Source of the DNA: Gemmata obscuriglobus
GTDB taxonomy: Bacteria > Planctomycetota > Planctomycetia > Gemmatales > Gemmataceae
Length of the DNA: 32,000 bases
Assembly (NCBI RefSeq): GCF_008065095.1
Contig: NZ_CP042911.1
Coordinates: 8,967,202-8,999,201 of the forward strand
Direction of reading: 5' to 3'
Under the pieces are notes generated by a model that ran no database searches, was not told where the DNA came from, and worked only from the letters and a program-made list of their open reading frames with translations. A program made the position numbers and the translations under genes. This document shows, in pieces, positions 1-9,045 of this stretch. How positions within the stretch are numbered: the stretch's first letter is position 1; every line of letters begins with the position of its first letter.

Positions 1-147
1 CTCGATCGCGCCCGCGGGGTCGGTCGCCGCGAGGAGCACGCCCGCCGGGTCGCGGAACTCGATGCGCTGGGTGCGGGCGGCTTCGACGAACAGCTTTTCG
101 GCGTCGGCCCAGCTCACGGCCCGACCGCCGATGTGCAGCGTAACCAT
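1..147 (-). CDS. hypothetical protein, N-terminal fragment (gene runs off the left edge of the window)
   Basis: Minus-strand ATG at 147-145, with GGAGG (complement of 154-158) 6 nt upstream. The frame MVTLHIGGRAVSWADAEKLFVEAARTQRIEFRDPAGVLLAATDPAGAIE stays open to base 1. No family recognised. Confidence 0.4.
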   Translation of the reverse strand, partial: MVTLHIGGRAVSWADAEKLFVEAARTQRIEFRDPAGVLLAATDPAGAIE

Positions 148-453
148 CACACGCCTCCGATGAGATCAGTCTGTATTGTAACACGTCTGCCCGGCGCTCA
201 ACAACGCGCGAAAGCGGCACAGCAAGGGCTGTCGATGGGGCGCGGTTCGTCGTCAGGAAGGGCGCCCGGGCAAAAGGCGCCGGCTCGACTTCTTTGAGCC
301 GAAGGAGTGGACCGCGGGCACCGAGCGCGAACCAAGTCACGCCCGTCGTCGGCTTGAACAGCACCGCCTGCCGTTCCCTTGGCGCAAGAAAACAGTACCG
401 GGTTTACCGCCGCCGCGGCTTCACCGCGCTCCGCTCCTCGCGCGTCCCGTCCT

Positions 454-490
454 CCGTACAACAGCGGGTGACTCGTCCCGCTGTACGGAG
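454..490 (+). promoter_or_regulatory. 5' leader hairpin overlapping the Shine-Dalgarno of the sugar kinase gene
   Basis: ccgt(aca)acagcggg at 454-468 pairs with cccgctgtacgg at 477-488. This gives 12 bp with a 3-nt bulge and an 8-nt loop. The right arm overlaps GGAG at 487-490, 10 nt before the ATG at 501. Confidence 0.25.
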
Positions 491-500
491 CTTCCTTCCG

Positions 501-1586
501 ATGCCTCTCGCCATCCGCACCGACGCCTGCGCCCTCGACTTCCTTTCCCTCGGCGCGCTGGTCCACCGGCTCGACCCGGGCGTCGTCCCGTTCCGCAAGG
601 CCCGTAACTTCGACATCCACGTGTCCGGCGGCGAGTACAACGTCGCCGCGAACCTGTCCGACTGCTTCGGGCTGAAGACCGGCGTCGCCACCGCGATGGT
701 GAACAACCCGGTGGGCGACCTCGTCCAGGCGCGCGTCCGCGAGATGGGCGTGGCCGCGTTCTACAAGCACTTCGAGCACGACGGCGTGCGCGGGCCGAAC
801 ATCGCCACGGTGTACAGCGACCGCGGCCAGGGCGTGCGCGCCCCGGTCGTGTTCTACAACCGGGCCAACGAGGCCGCTGCGCTCCTGAAGGTCGGCGACT
901 TCGACTGGAAGGCGATCATGACCGGCGGGTGCCGGTGGTTCCACTCCGGCGGCATCTTCGCGTCGCTCTCCGAAGCCAACCCGGACCTCATCATCGACGG
1001 GATGAAGGCCGCGAAGGCGCAAGGCGCGGTCGTGTCGTTCGACCTGAACTACCGCGGCAAGCTGTGGAAGACGGTCGGCGGCGACAAGCGGGCCGTTGAG
1101 GTGCTGCGCAAGATCGTGGCCAACGTGGACTGCCTCATCGGCAACGAAGAGGACATGCAGAAGGGGCTCGGCGTGAAAGGCCCCGAGGTGACCAAGAAGG
1201 AAGAGTCGAAGCTGAACCCCGACGTGTTCTTCGGGATGATCGAGAACACCGTGAAGGAGTTCCCGAACATCAAACTGGTCGCCACCACGCTGCGCGAGAC
1301 GCACTCGGCGAACCGGCACGACTGGGCCGCGGTGCTGTGGATGGACGGGCAGCGGTACATCAGCCCGACCGCCCAGCTCGACGTGATAGACCGCATCGGC
1401 GGCGGCGACGGGTTCGCCGCGGGCACCATTTACGGCCTGCTCGCCGGGCGCCAGCCGCAGGAGGCGCTGAACCTGGGCTGGGCGCACGGCGCGCTGCTCA
1501 CCACCTACCACGGCGACACCACGATGGCGACGCTCGCCGAGGTCGATGCGTTCGCCGCCGGCACCGGGGCGCGGGTGCAACGGTAA
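501..1586 (+). CDS. PfkB-family sugar kinase (2-keto-3-deoxygluconate kinase-like)
   Basis: Internal ATG at 501 in the 294..1586 ORF, with GGAG upstream. It has the PfkB C-terminal signature DRIGGGDGFAAG and an N-terminal LGALVHRLDPG...GGEYNVAANL region typical of KDG/ribokinase-like kinases. The 69 upstream codons of the track ORF are Arg/Ser-rich and look non-coding. Confidence 0.85.
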   Translation: MPLAIRTDACALDFLSLGALVHRLDPGVVPFRKARNFDIHVSGGEYNVAANLSDCFGLKTGVATAMVNNPVGDLVQARVREMGVAAFYKHFEHDGVRGPNIATVYSDRGQGVRAPVVFYNRANEAAALLKVGDFDWKAIMTGGCRWFHSGGIFASLSEANPDLIIDGMKAAKAQGAVVSFDLNYRGKLWKTVGGDKRAVEVLRKIVANVDCLIGNEEDMQKGLGVKGPEVTKKEESKLNPDVFFGMIENTVKEFPNIKLVATTLRETHSANRHDWAAVLWMDGQRYISPTAQLDVIDRIGGGDGFAAGTIYGLLAGRQPQEALNLGWAHGALLTTYHGDTTMATLAEVDAFAAGTGARVQR

Positions 1587-1594
1587 GTCAGATC

Positions 1595-1632
1595 GGCCGC
1601 CCCGGACCCGTGTCAGGGGACCGGAGGCGGCC
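1595..1632. terminator. GC-rich hairpin between convergent genes (candidate bidirectional terminator)
   Basis: GGCCGCC CCGG ACCC / GGGA CCGG A GGCGGCC gives about 14 bp, with one bulge, one mismatch and a 7-nt loop. It sits between the kinase stop (1586) and the FKBP stop (1647). There is no clear T-tract. Confidence 0.4.
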
Positions 1633-1646
1633 CGACCGCTCAGTCG

Positions 1647-2549
1647 CTACTTGACCAACTCCACCTCGAAGATCAGGGTGGCGCCGCCCGGGATGCTCGG
1701 CTCGCTGCCGCGCTCGCCGTACCCCAGATCAGAGGGCACAACCAGTTTGCGGATGCCGCCGGGTTTCATGCCCGGAATGCCCTTCTGCCAGCCCTGCACC
1801 AGACTGGTCAGCGGCCACGTGTTCGGCGCCTTGCCCTTGTTGCTGTCGAACTGCGTCCCGTCCACCAGCCACCCGGTGTAGTGGATCGTGACCGTCGCGC
1901 CCGGCGCGGCCGGTTCGCCGGTGCCTTCCTTCAGGTCGCGGACCTTCAGCCCCTCGCCGATGTCCTTCAGGCCGGGATCGTCGGTGCCGCCGTTCGACCC
2001 GTCCGACATCGGCTTCCCGGGACCGGTGGTCACGTTCTTTTGCGACATCACCTCGATCAGCTCGACCTCGAAGATGAGGGTACTGTTGGCCGGGATCTTG
2101 CCCTTGCTCGTCGACCCGTAACCCTTGTCGGGCGCGATCACCAGCTTGCGGATGCCGCCCGGTTTCATGCCCGGGATGCCCTCCTGCCAGCCCTTGATGA
2201 GCCCGGCCAGTTTGAACTGCGCCGGCTGCCCGCGGTCCTTGCTGCTGTCGAACTGCGTCCCGTCCACCAGCCACCCGGTGTAGTGGATCTTCACCTCGGC
2301 CCCCGCGGGGCACTCCTCGCCGACCCCCGCCTTGATGTCGCGGTACTTCACGCCCGGGGTCAGTTCCTTCAAACCGGGATCGTCGGGCGACCCATCCGAC
2401 CCGTCGGACATCTTCTTCGCCGTCGCGGCGTCGGACACGTAAATCACCAGCGACACCAGCACGATGATCACGCCGACCGCCAGCGCCGGCACCAGGATCT
2501 GCTTCATCTTCTGCTTGTCCAGCCCGTCGGGCTGAGCCGCACCCGCCAT
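1647..2549 (-). CDS. membrane-anchored FKBP-type peptidyl-prolyl cis-trans isomerase with two tandem FKBP domains
   Basis: ATG at 2549 with GGAGG 7 nt upstream; the track start at 2585 is a TTG. TM helix ILVPALAVGVIIVLVSLVIYV. Two FKBP domains, each with IHYTGWLVDGTQFDS...GWQ.GIPGMKPGGIRKL...IP..(S/A)TLIFEVEL. Confidence 0.9.
   Translation of the reverse strand: MAGAAQPDGLDKQKMKQILVPALAVGVIIVLVSLVIYVSDAATAKKMSDGSDGSPDDPGLKELTPGVKYRDIKAGVGEECPAGAEVKIHYTGWLVDGTQFDSSKDRGQPAQFKLAGLIKGWQEGIPGMKPGGIRKLVIAPDKGYGSTSKGKIPANSTLIFEVELIEVMSQKNVTTGPGKPMSDGSNGGTDDPGLKDIGEGLKVRDLKEGTGEPAAPGATVTIHYTGWLVDGTQFDSNKGKAPNTWPLTSLVQGWQKGIPGMKPGGIRKLVVPSDLGYGERGSEPSIPGGATLIFEVELVK
1841..1887. repeat. intragenic direct repeat, copy A (47 nt identical to 2243-2289)
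   Basis: tgctgtcgaactgcgtcccgtccaccagccacccggtgtagtggatc is identical at both positions, offset 402 nt. It encodes IHYTGWLVDGTQFDS in both FKBP domains. Confidence 0.9.
2243..2289. repeat. intragenic direct repeat, copy B (47 nt identical to 1841-1887)
   Basis: Same 47-mer as 1841-1887. A second near-identical block (1741-1800 vs 2140-2199) lies at offset 399, implying a one-codon indel between the blocks. Confidence 0.9.
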
Positions 2550-2647
2550 CGCCGCACCTCCGCGCGCCAGGAATGGGAATCGCAAGCTGTTATACGCCCG
2601 CGCCCCGGGGTAGCATCAACCCTCTCACCCCTCGCGAGGATTAAATC

Positions 2648-3505
2648 ATGCGCTTGTGTACTGCCGTCGTGTTCGCCCTGTGCGCGTGCGCGCTCGGGGC
2701 CGGCGGCCAGGAAAAGAAAGACAAAGAGGAGCTGACGAAGCTGCTCGGCGAGATCAAATCTCTCATGCAGGACCGAAAATACGCGAAGGTGATCCCGCTC
2801 GCGAAGAAGGCCGCCGAACTCGACCCCACGAACCCCGGCCCGCCGTTCGCTGCGGCAAACGCCCACGCCGAGCTGCGCCAGCACGCCGAGGCCGTAAAGG
2901 CGTGGAGCCAGTTCATCAAGCTCGTGCCCGAAGAGGCGAAGGCCTACGACGCCCGCGGCGACGCGCAACTCAAGCAGGGGAACTTCAAGGAAGCCCTCGC
3001 GGACTTCGACGAGTACCTCAAGCACAACCCGAAGGCGGCCCCGGACCACTGGCGGCGCGGGATCGCGCTGTACTACGCCGGCCGGTTCAAGGACGGGGCG
3101 GCGCAGTTCGACGCGGCCGAAGGGAAGGCGCGCGAGGACGTCGAGAACTCGGTGTGGCACTACCTCTGCAACGCCCGCGCGAACACGCCCAAGAAGGCCC
3201 GCGCGGAGCTGATTCCGGTAACGAAGGACGCGCGGGTGCCCATGAAGCAGGTGCTGGAACTGTTCGCGGGCAAGATCAAGCCGAAGGATGTGCTCGCTGC
3301 CGCCGAGGACGCGCAACTGGACGGCGAGGGGCTCAAGGAAGCGCGGTTCTACGCGAACCTGTACGTCGCGCTGTACTACGAAACCGAAGGCGACGCGAAG
3401 AAGTGCCTCGAGCACATGGCGACGGCGGTCGAGAAGTACGAAATCGGCCACTACATGTGGGACGTGGCCGCCGTCCACTTGAAGCTGTTGAAAGGCAAGA
3501 AATAA
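2648..3505 (+). CDS. secreted or lipoprotein TPR-repeat protein
   Basis: ATG at 2648. N-terminal signal MRLCTAVVFALCACALGAGG. TPR-like helical repeats follow (AKAYDARGDAQLKQGNFKEALADFDEYLKHNP; ARFYANLYVALYYETEGDAKKCLEHM). Confidence 0.7.
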   Translation: MRLCTAVVFALCACALGAGGQEKKDKEELTKLLGEIKSLMQDRKYAKVIPLAKKAAELDPTNPGPPFAAANAHAELRQHAEAVKAWSQFIKLVPEEAKAYDARGDAQLKQGNFKEALADFDEYLKHNPKAAPDHWRRGIALYYAGRFKDGAAQFDAAEGKAREDVENSVWHYLCNARANTPKKARAELIPVTKDARVPMKQVLELFAGKIKPKDVLAAAEDAQLDGEGLKEARFYANLYVALYYETEGDAKKCLEHMATAVEKYEIGHYMWDVAAVHLKLLKGKK

Positions 3506-3507
3506 GC

Positions 3508-3611
3508 GTGTTCACCGCAGAGGGCACGAGAGGGCGCGGAGAAAGGCATTGAGAGTCCGAGAACTCTCAAGGTCTTTCTCCGCGCCCTCTCGTGCCCTCT
3601 GCGGTGAACAC
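3508..3611. repeat. perfect 38-bp inverted repeat (REP/MITE-like palindromic element; probable bidirectional terminator)
   Basis: Left arm 3508-3545 (gtgttcaccgcagagggcacgagagggcgcggagaaag) is the exact reverse complement of right arm 3574-3611. The spacer holds a nested 8-bp palindrome, ttgagagt at 3549-3556 with actctcaa at 3563-3570. The element lies between the convergent TPR gene (stop 3505) and the MATE gene (stop 3652). Confidence 0.9.
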
Positions 3612-3647
3612 CTTTCTTGTCTTCTCTGCGCCCTCTGCGGTTAACAC
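3612..3647. repeat. degenerate third half-copy of the palindromic element
   Basis: ctttcttgtcttctctgcgccctctgcggttaacac resembles the right arm (ctttctcc...ctcgtgccctctgcggtgaacac), in the same orientation and directly abutting it. Confidence 0.6.
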
Positions 3648-3651
3648 CCTT

Positions 3652-5220
3652 CTATTCACTTAACCCCGGCTCGATGACGCGCATCGACTTCCACTTGCCG
3701 CCGCGGAACCGGAACCAGAAGCACACGCTCATCCCGATGATGTGCAGCGTCGCGAACACCCAGCACCAGTACAGGTTCCCGCCGTTGAACACAACGACCG
3801 CGGTCGGGATCACCATCAGGGGCCACGCCAGCGCGAACGTGAGGGCGGTCACGTACTTGGTGTCCCCGGCCCCGCGGAGCGCGAACGCGAACGACACGTT
3901 GATCGCGTCCGCCACCGAGAACACCGCCACGCACAGCAACAGGTTCGGAACCAGCGCCGCGATCGCCGCGAACTGCTCCGGCTCCTTATCCCCCTCGAAC
4001 ACCGACAGCAGCACCGTCGGAATGGTGACGTAAGCGAGCGCGATCAGGGACATGTACCCGAACGTCCACTTCAGCCCGGTGTAGGTGCTCTTCTCCGCGA
4101 GGTCCGGGCGGTCGCCGCCGAGCCGCTGCCCCACCATGATGCAGATCGCCTGCCCCATCCCCATCATCGGCAGGAACGCGATCATGTTCAGCCGGATGGC
4201 GAGGGTCGTCGCGCCCAGGGCCGCGTCCCCGAGCCGCCCGACCAGTTGCGTGAAGGCGTTGAACACCAGCACGTCGAGGAACACCTGCATCCCCGCCGGA
4301 CCGCCGTAAACCATCAGCCGCCGGAACAGCTCGCGCTCCGGCTTCCACCCGCTGAAGGTGCCGAACTCGTCGCGGTACTTCTTGCGGAGCATCAGCGCCA
4401 GCGCGAACAGCGCCGCCGCCCACGACCCCGCTACCGTCGCCCACCCAGCGCCTTCGATGCCCAGTTCCGGAAAGCCCAGTCGGCCGAAAATCAGTACTAA
4501 GGCGAATGCGATATTCACCGCCGTGCCGGCCGCTTCGATTCCGAGCACGGTCCACGTCTGCCCGCGCCCGGAGAAGAACCCGTTGATCGCGCCCATCACG
4601 AGCATCGGCAGGGCCGCGAAAGCGAGACACCGCAAGTAAATGGTCTCGAGCCGCTGGATCTCCGGCGTGTGCCCGCCCACCGCAATCAGGTGCGGGGACG
4701 CCGGAACCACCACAAGGAACAGCACGCCCGCGACAACGGCGAAGTGAATCCCCTGCCACACGGCGGCGCCGACGCGGTGCGGGCGCTTGGCCCCGGTGTA
4801 CTGGGCGACGAACGTCGAGGTGTAGCCGGCCGTGACCTGAAGCACGCCGAAGAACAGCCAGTACCACATGACCGCCGGGAACGACGCGGCCATCTCGCGC
4901 GGGTCGTGCCAGGACAGGAGCACGGTGTCCACGAACACCTGCACCGTCATGAAGCTCTGGCTGACGATCAGCGGCAGCGCGAGCTTGAGCAGTTCGCGCG
5001 AACCGCCGGGGGTGTCGGTCGAAGGCGCATGCGTAGCGTGTGTCTCGGCCACGGCGGCCCCGACCGCTTCGGTCGCGCCCGCCGGTTCCGAGTACGGCCC
5101 GGCCGGGACGCCGGGGTCCGGGTCGGGAACGGCGGTCGGGTCGGTTTCAACTGCTGGGCGGGCGGCGGGCTTGGGGCCTACGGTTGGGGAGAGTGCGGGT
5201 TCAACCGGGTCGATGCCCAT
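3652..5220 (-). CDS. MATE family efflux transporter
   Basis: 522-aa ORF with ATG at 5220. The hydrophobic core LLKLALPLIVSQSFMTVQVFVDTVLLSWHDPREMAA...AQYTGAKRPHRV is typical of NorM/MATE proteins with 12 TM helices. The first ~75 aa form a Pro/Ala/Thr-rich low-complexity extension. Confidence 0.88.
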   Translation of the reverse strand: MGIDPVEPALSPTVGPKPAARPAVETDPTAVPDPDPGVPAGPYSEPAGATEAVGAAVAETHATHAPSTDTPGGSRELLKLALPLIVSQSFMTVQVFVDTVLLSWHDPREMAASFPAVMWYWLFFGVLQVTAGYTSTFVAQYTGAKRPHRVGAAVWQGIHFAVVAGVLFLVVVPASPHLIAVGGHTPEIQRLETIYLRCLAFAALPMLVMGAINGFFSGRGQTWTVLGIEAAGTAVNIAFALVLIFGRLGFPELGIEGAGWATVAGSWAAALFALALMLRKKYRDEFGTFSGWKPERELFRRLMVYGGPAGMQVFLDVLVFNAFTQLVGRLGDAALGATTLAIRLNMIAFLPMMGMGQAICIMVGQRLGGDRPDLAEKSTYTGLKWTFGYMSLIALAYVTIPTVLLSVFEGDKEPEQFAAIAALVPNLLLCVAVFSVADAINVSFAFALRGAGDTKYVTALTFALAWPLMVIPTAVVVFNGGNLYWCWVFATLHIIGMSVCFWFRFRGGKWKSMRVIEPGLSE

Positions 5221-5257
5221 AGGTGTCCGTCGTCCTTGTGGAATGGGTCCGGGCGAA

Positions 5258-5986
5258 CTACTTGGCCGGCAGCAGCCAGACGTTCCGGAACTGAACCGGG
5301 TGGCCGTGGTCTTGTAGCAAAATCGGGCCGGGCTTCGAGATGTCGCCGCCGAGGCCGCTGGTCGTGTTGTCCGAGGTCACGGCAACGTCGTCGTGAATCG
5401 TGATCCCGTTGTGACTCACCGTCATGCGGGCGGGTTCGGTCTTTTTGCCGTTTTCCACTTTCGGCGGCGTAAATTCAATGTCGTAGCTCTGCCACACGGT
5501 CGGCGCCTTGCAGGCGTTGACCGCCGGCGCCGCGACCCCGTAGATGGCGCCGCAATCGTTCTTGCCGCTCTTGAGGCCGTAACTGTCGAGGATCTGCACC
5601 TCGTAGCGCCCCTGGAGGTACACGCCGGAGTTGCCGCGCCCCTGCCCGCTGCCGCCCGGCTCGTAAGGCACACGGAACTCGACGTGTAGCTTGAACTTCC
5701 CGCCGAACACGTCCCTCGTGATGATGTCGCCGTGCCCCTTAACGCCCTCCATCACCCCGCCCTTGAGGGTCCACTTCACCTCACTCTTCCCGTCGCGCTT
5801 CACCCACTTCGAGAAGTCCTTGCCGTCGAACAGCACCACGGCCCCTTCGGGCGGCGCGGTGCTCGCAACGTCCTTGAGGTCTTCGGGCTTGGCCGCCTTG
5901 AACGTGTCCCCGAGTTTGTAGGGGTCGTCGGCCGCGAGTGCCACGAATGGCACAAGCACAAAGGCGAACGTGAGGAGCGGGCGCAT
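5258..5986 (-). CDS. DUF1080 (3-keto-disaccharide hydrolase-like) domain protein, secreted
   Basis: ATG at 5986 with GGAG upstream. Signal peptide MRPLLTFAFVLVPFVALAADD. C-terminal PILLQDHGHPVQFRNVWLLP and WQSYDIEF are hallmarks of DUF1080. It lies 37 nt upstream of the MATE start on the same strand. Confidence 0.85.
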   Translation of the reverse strand: MRPLLTFAFVLVPFVALAADDPYKLGDTFKAAKPEDLKDVASTAPPEGAVVLFDGKDFSKWVKRDGKSEVKWTLKGGVMEGVKGHGDIITRDVFGGKFKLHVEFRVPYEPGGSGQGRGNSGVYLQGRYEVQILDSYGLKSGKNDCGAIYGVAAPAVNACKAPTVWQSYDIEFTPPKVENGKKTEPARMTVSHNGITIHDDVAVTSDNTTSGLGGDISKPGPILLQDHGHPVQFRNVWLLPAK

Positions 5987-6164
5987 CGGACAAGCTCCGA
6001 AGGGAATAGGGAAGGCAAGAGCCAATTGTAGGCTTGTGAGCGGTATAAGCCCGCCGGTGAGCGGAACGGAAACCCGAGACGGTCAACGGAATGCCGCCGC
6101 ACCAGCAGGCTTACACCGCCACTCGCTTCGGTTATACTCTCCCGCAACCCGCCGGAGATGCTGC

Positions 6165-9041
6165 ATGTTCCGCGCCCCGCTCGCCGCGCTGTCGCTCATC
6201 GCATTCGGAACCGTTGCCCGAGGCGCAGACGCACCTCGCCCGCTGGTGCCGACCCATCAGGTGAAGCTCAACGGCCACACGTTCACGCTGCCCGAAGGGT
6301 TCACCATCGAACTCGCGGCCGGCGCGGACCTGGCACCGCGCCCCATCGCCGCCGCGTTCGACCCAAAGGGCCGCCTCTACGTCACGGATTCGTCCGGCTC
6401 GAACGAGAACGTGAAGGTGCAGTTGGAGAAGAAGCCGCACCGCGTTCTGCGGCTCGAATCGACCAAGGGCGACGGCGTCTTCGACAAACAGACCGTGTTC
6501 GTGAAGAACATCATGTTCCCCGAGGGGTGCATGTGGCTCAACGGCGCGCTGTACGTCGCCGCCCCGCCGCACATCTTGAAGTTCACCGACACGAACGACG
6601 ACGGCATCGCAGACAGGGAAGAGATCTGGTTCGACGGCAAGACGCTCACCGGCTGCGCCAACGACCTCCACGGCCCGTACCCCGGGCCGGACGGCTACGT
6701 CTACTGGACGAAGGGCGCCTTCGCGAAGCAGGAGTACGTTCTGCCGAACGGGAAGAAGCTCGGAACGCGGGCGGCCCACATCTTCCGCGCCACGCCCGAC
6801 GGCAAGAACATCGAACCCGTCATGACCGGCGGCATGGACAACCCGGTGGACCTCGTGTTCACCCCGTCGGGCGACATCGTTTTCAACACGACGTTTTTCC
6901 AGCACCCCGCCAACGGGCGGCGCGACGGCCTCGTTCACGCGATCTACGGCGCCGTGTACGGCAAGGACCACGATGTCGTTTACGACCACCCGTGGACCTC
7001 ACCGCAACTCATGCCGCCGATGACGCACCTCGGACCGGCGGCGCCGGCCGGGCTGCACCGCTATGAGAACGACCAGTTCGGCGCGGAGTACACGAACAAC
7101 ATCTTTTGCTGCCAGTTCAACATGCGGAAGGTGAGCCGGCACGTCCTCGTTCCGAAGGGCTCGACCTACGAAACGCGCGACTCCGACTTCCTCGCGTCCG
7201 ACAGCATCGACTTCCACCCGACGGACGTGATCGAGGACGCCGACGGGTCGCTGCTGGTCGTGGACACCGGCGGCTGGTACAAGCTGTGTTGTCCCACGTC
7301 GCAGCTCGTGAAGCCGGACGTAACCGGTGCCATCTACCGCGTGAAAAAGGTCGGGGCGCACAAAGAAAGGGCGAAGCCGAAGCCCCTCCCGCTGTCGCAC
7401 CTGCGCGAGATCGCGCTGACGCGCGACCCGAAGGGGTTCAAGGAAGCTCTTGCGGCCCTCCGGTCGCCCGACCTGCACACGCGCCGCCTCGGGGCCGAGG
7501 CGCTCGGCCGCATCGGCAACGTCAAAGCAACCGCGGCCCTTCTCGGCGCGCTCACGGACGAGAGAAATGATCGCGAACTCGACCACGCCCTCACCTACGC
7601 ACTCATCGAGATCGGTGACGCGCCCGGCACGCGCGCCGGGCTCGCTTCGCCCTCGCCGCGGGTGCGCCGCGCGGCCCTCGCCGCCCTGTCGTACATCCCC
7701 AGCGGCCTCGAACCGAAGGCAGTGCTCGCCGAACTGGACGCGCCGGACGCCGCGATGCGCGACACGGCTTGGTGGGTCGCGGGACGGAACGCGCAGTGGG
7801 GAGATGAGCTTGCAGGGTACTTCAAAACCAAATTGAAGGCCGCAGACAAGTTAAAACCGGAGGATCGCGCCGACCTCGCGAACCGACTCGTCCGGTTCGC
7901 AAGCAGCCCGGGCGTCCAAAAGGTGCTCGGCGAAACCCCGGCCGCCAACCCGGCCGCCGCCCGGCTCGCGCTCGGGGTGATGGAACGGTCCGGCCTCAAA
8001 GCGCTGCCGGCGGCCTGGAAGCTGAGCCTTTCAAGCGCGATCGCCTCGGAGCATGAGTCGGTCGCGCTGCTCGGCTGCGCCGTCCTGCGGGCCGTGCCGC
8101 CGAGCGAGCAGGACCACACGGACGTGCTGACGATGGCGGAACTGGGCCGCGGCGCACACAACCGCCCGCGAACGGACTCCGAACGGCTGGCTCTCTTGAG
8201 TACGTCACGGCCGGGCACCGTGAAGCTCACACCCGCCGACCTCACGCGCGCGCTCAAGGCACTCGATCGCAACGCCACCCCGGCCGACCGGTTCCTTGCG
8301 ACCGAAGCCCTTACCCGGGCGAAACTCGATCCCGAACAGTTCACCACACTTGCGGCAGCTCTCAAAACGGTCAGCCCGCTCGAGTTCTCCCGGATTCTGC
8401 AATTGTTTGCCAGGTCGGCAGATGAGAAAGTCGGAATCGCTCTGGTCGAATCGTTGCGTCAATCTTCGGTGCGATTGGGTGTGCGCACCGAAGTTGTGAA
8501 ACCGATCCTCGATAAGTACCCTGCCACGGTGAAAGTGGAAGCGGAAAAGCTCTACGCCGAACTCGCAGCGGCCCGCAAAGATGAAACCGCCAGACTCGAT
8601 CAGCTCCTGAGCGAAATGAAACCCGGCGACATCCGCCGCGGGCAACTCGTGTTCAACGGCACGAAGGCGAACTGCATCGCGTGCCACAAGGTCGGCTACG
8701 TCGGCGGCACCGCGGGGCCGGACCTGACCCGCATCGGCGGCATCCGCACCGAGCGCGACCTGCTGGAATCGATCCTGTACCCGAGCGCCAGTTTCGTGCG
8801 GAGTTACGAGCCCGTCCGTGTGGTCACGAAGGACGACCGCACCTTGAACGGGGTGCTGAAGAAAGACGCGCCGGAAGAGGTCGTGATCGTGGTGGCGGCC
8901 GACAAAGAAGAGCGCATCGCCCGCTCGGAGATCGAGAGCCTTGCACCCAGCACAGTGTCACTCATGCCCGGCGGACTGGAGCAGCAACTCACGCCTCTGG
9001 AATTGGCCGATCTGATCGCGTTCTTGAAAGCCTGCAAATGA
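6165..9041 (+). CDS. PVC-type membrane-bound dehydrogenase domain / HEAT-repeat / c-type heme-binding protein
   Basis: ATG at 6165, GGAG at 6154-6157, signal peptide MFRAPLAALSLIAFGTVARGADA. The N-terminal region is beta-propeller-like (GRLYVTDS, NGALYVAAPP). HEAT-like repeats follow (RRLGAEALGRIGN, PRVRRAALAAL). The C-terminal cytochrome c motif CIACHKVGYVGGTAGPDLTRIG matches the Pirellula/Verrucomicrobium-type heme-binding domain. Confidence 0.85.
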   Translation: MFRAPLAALSLIAFGTVARGADAPRPLVPTHQVKLNGHTFTLPEGFTIELAAGADLAPRPIAAAFDPKGRLYVTDSSGSNENVKVQLEKKPHRVLRLESTKGDGVFDKQTVFVKNIMFPEGCMWLNGALYVAAPPHILKFTDTNDDGIADREEIWFDGKTLTGCANDLHGPYPGPDGYVYWTKGAFAKQEYVLPNGKKLGTRAAHIFRATPDGKNIEPVMTGGMDNPVDLVFTPSGDIVFNTTFFQHPANGRRDGLVHAIYGAVYGKDHDVVYDHPWTSPQLMPPMTHLGPAAPAGLHRYENDQFGAEYTNNIFCCQFNMRKVSRHVLVPKGSTYETRDSDFLASDSIDFHPTDVIEDADGSLLVVDTGGWYKLCCPTSQLVKPDVTGAIYRVKKVGAHKERAKPKPLPLSHLREIALTRDPKGFKEALAALRSPDLHTRRLGAEALGRIGNVKATAALLGALTDERNDRELDHALTYALIEIGDAPGTRAGLASPSPRVRRAALAALSYIPSGLEPKAVLAELDAPDAAMRDTAWWVAGRNAQWGDELAGYFKTKLKAADKLKPEDRADLANRLVRFASSPGVQKVLGETPAANPAAARLALGVMERSGLKALPAAWKLSLSSAIASEHESVALLGCAVLRAVPPSEQDHTDVLTMAELGRGAHNRPRTDSERLALLSTSRPGTVKLTPADLTRALKALDRNATPADRFLATEALTRAKLDPEQFTTLAAALKTVSPLEFSRILQLFARSADEKVGIALVESLRQSSVRLGVRTEVVKPILDKYPATVKVEAEKLYAELAAARKDETARLDQLLSEMKPGDIRRGQLVFNGTKANCIACHKVGYVGGTAGPDLTRIGGIRTERDLLESILYPSASFVRSYEPVRVVTKDDRTLNGVLKKDAPEEVVIVVAADKEERIARSEIESLAPSTVSLMPGGLEQQLTPLELADLIAFLKACK

Positions 9042-9045
9042 AATC

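Noticed and set aside
294-500. N-terminal extensions of track ORFs: 294-500, 5970-6164, 9335-9370, 10336-10383, 13022-13150, 14998-15060, 23192-23245, 29971-30174, 2550-2585.
   Set aside because: The extensions begin at TTG or other alternative codons, or lack an SD. They encode Arg-rich junk or overlap neighbouring genes. Internal ATG/GTG codons give SD motifs and/or proper signal peptides.
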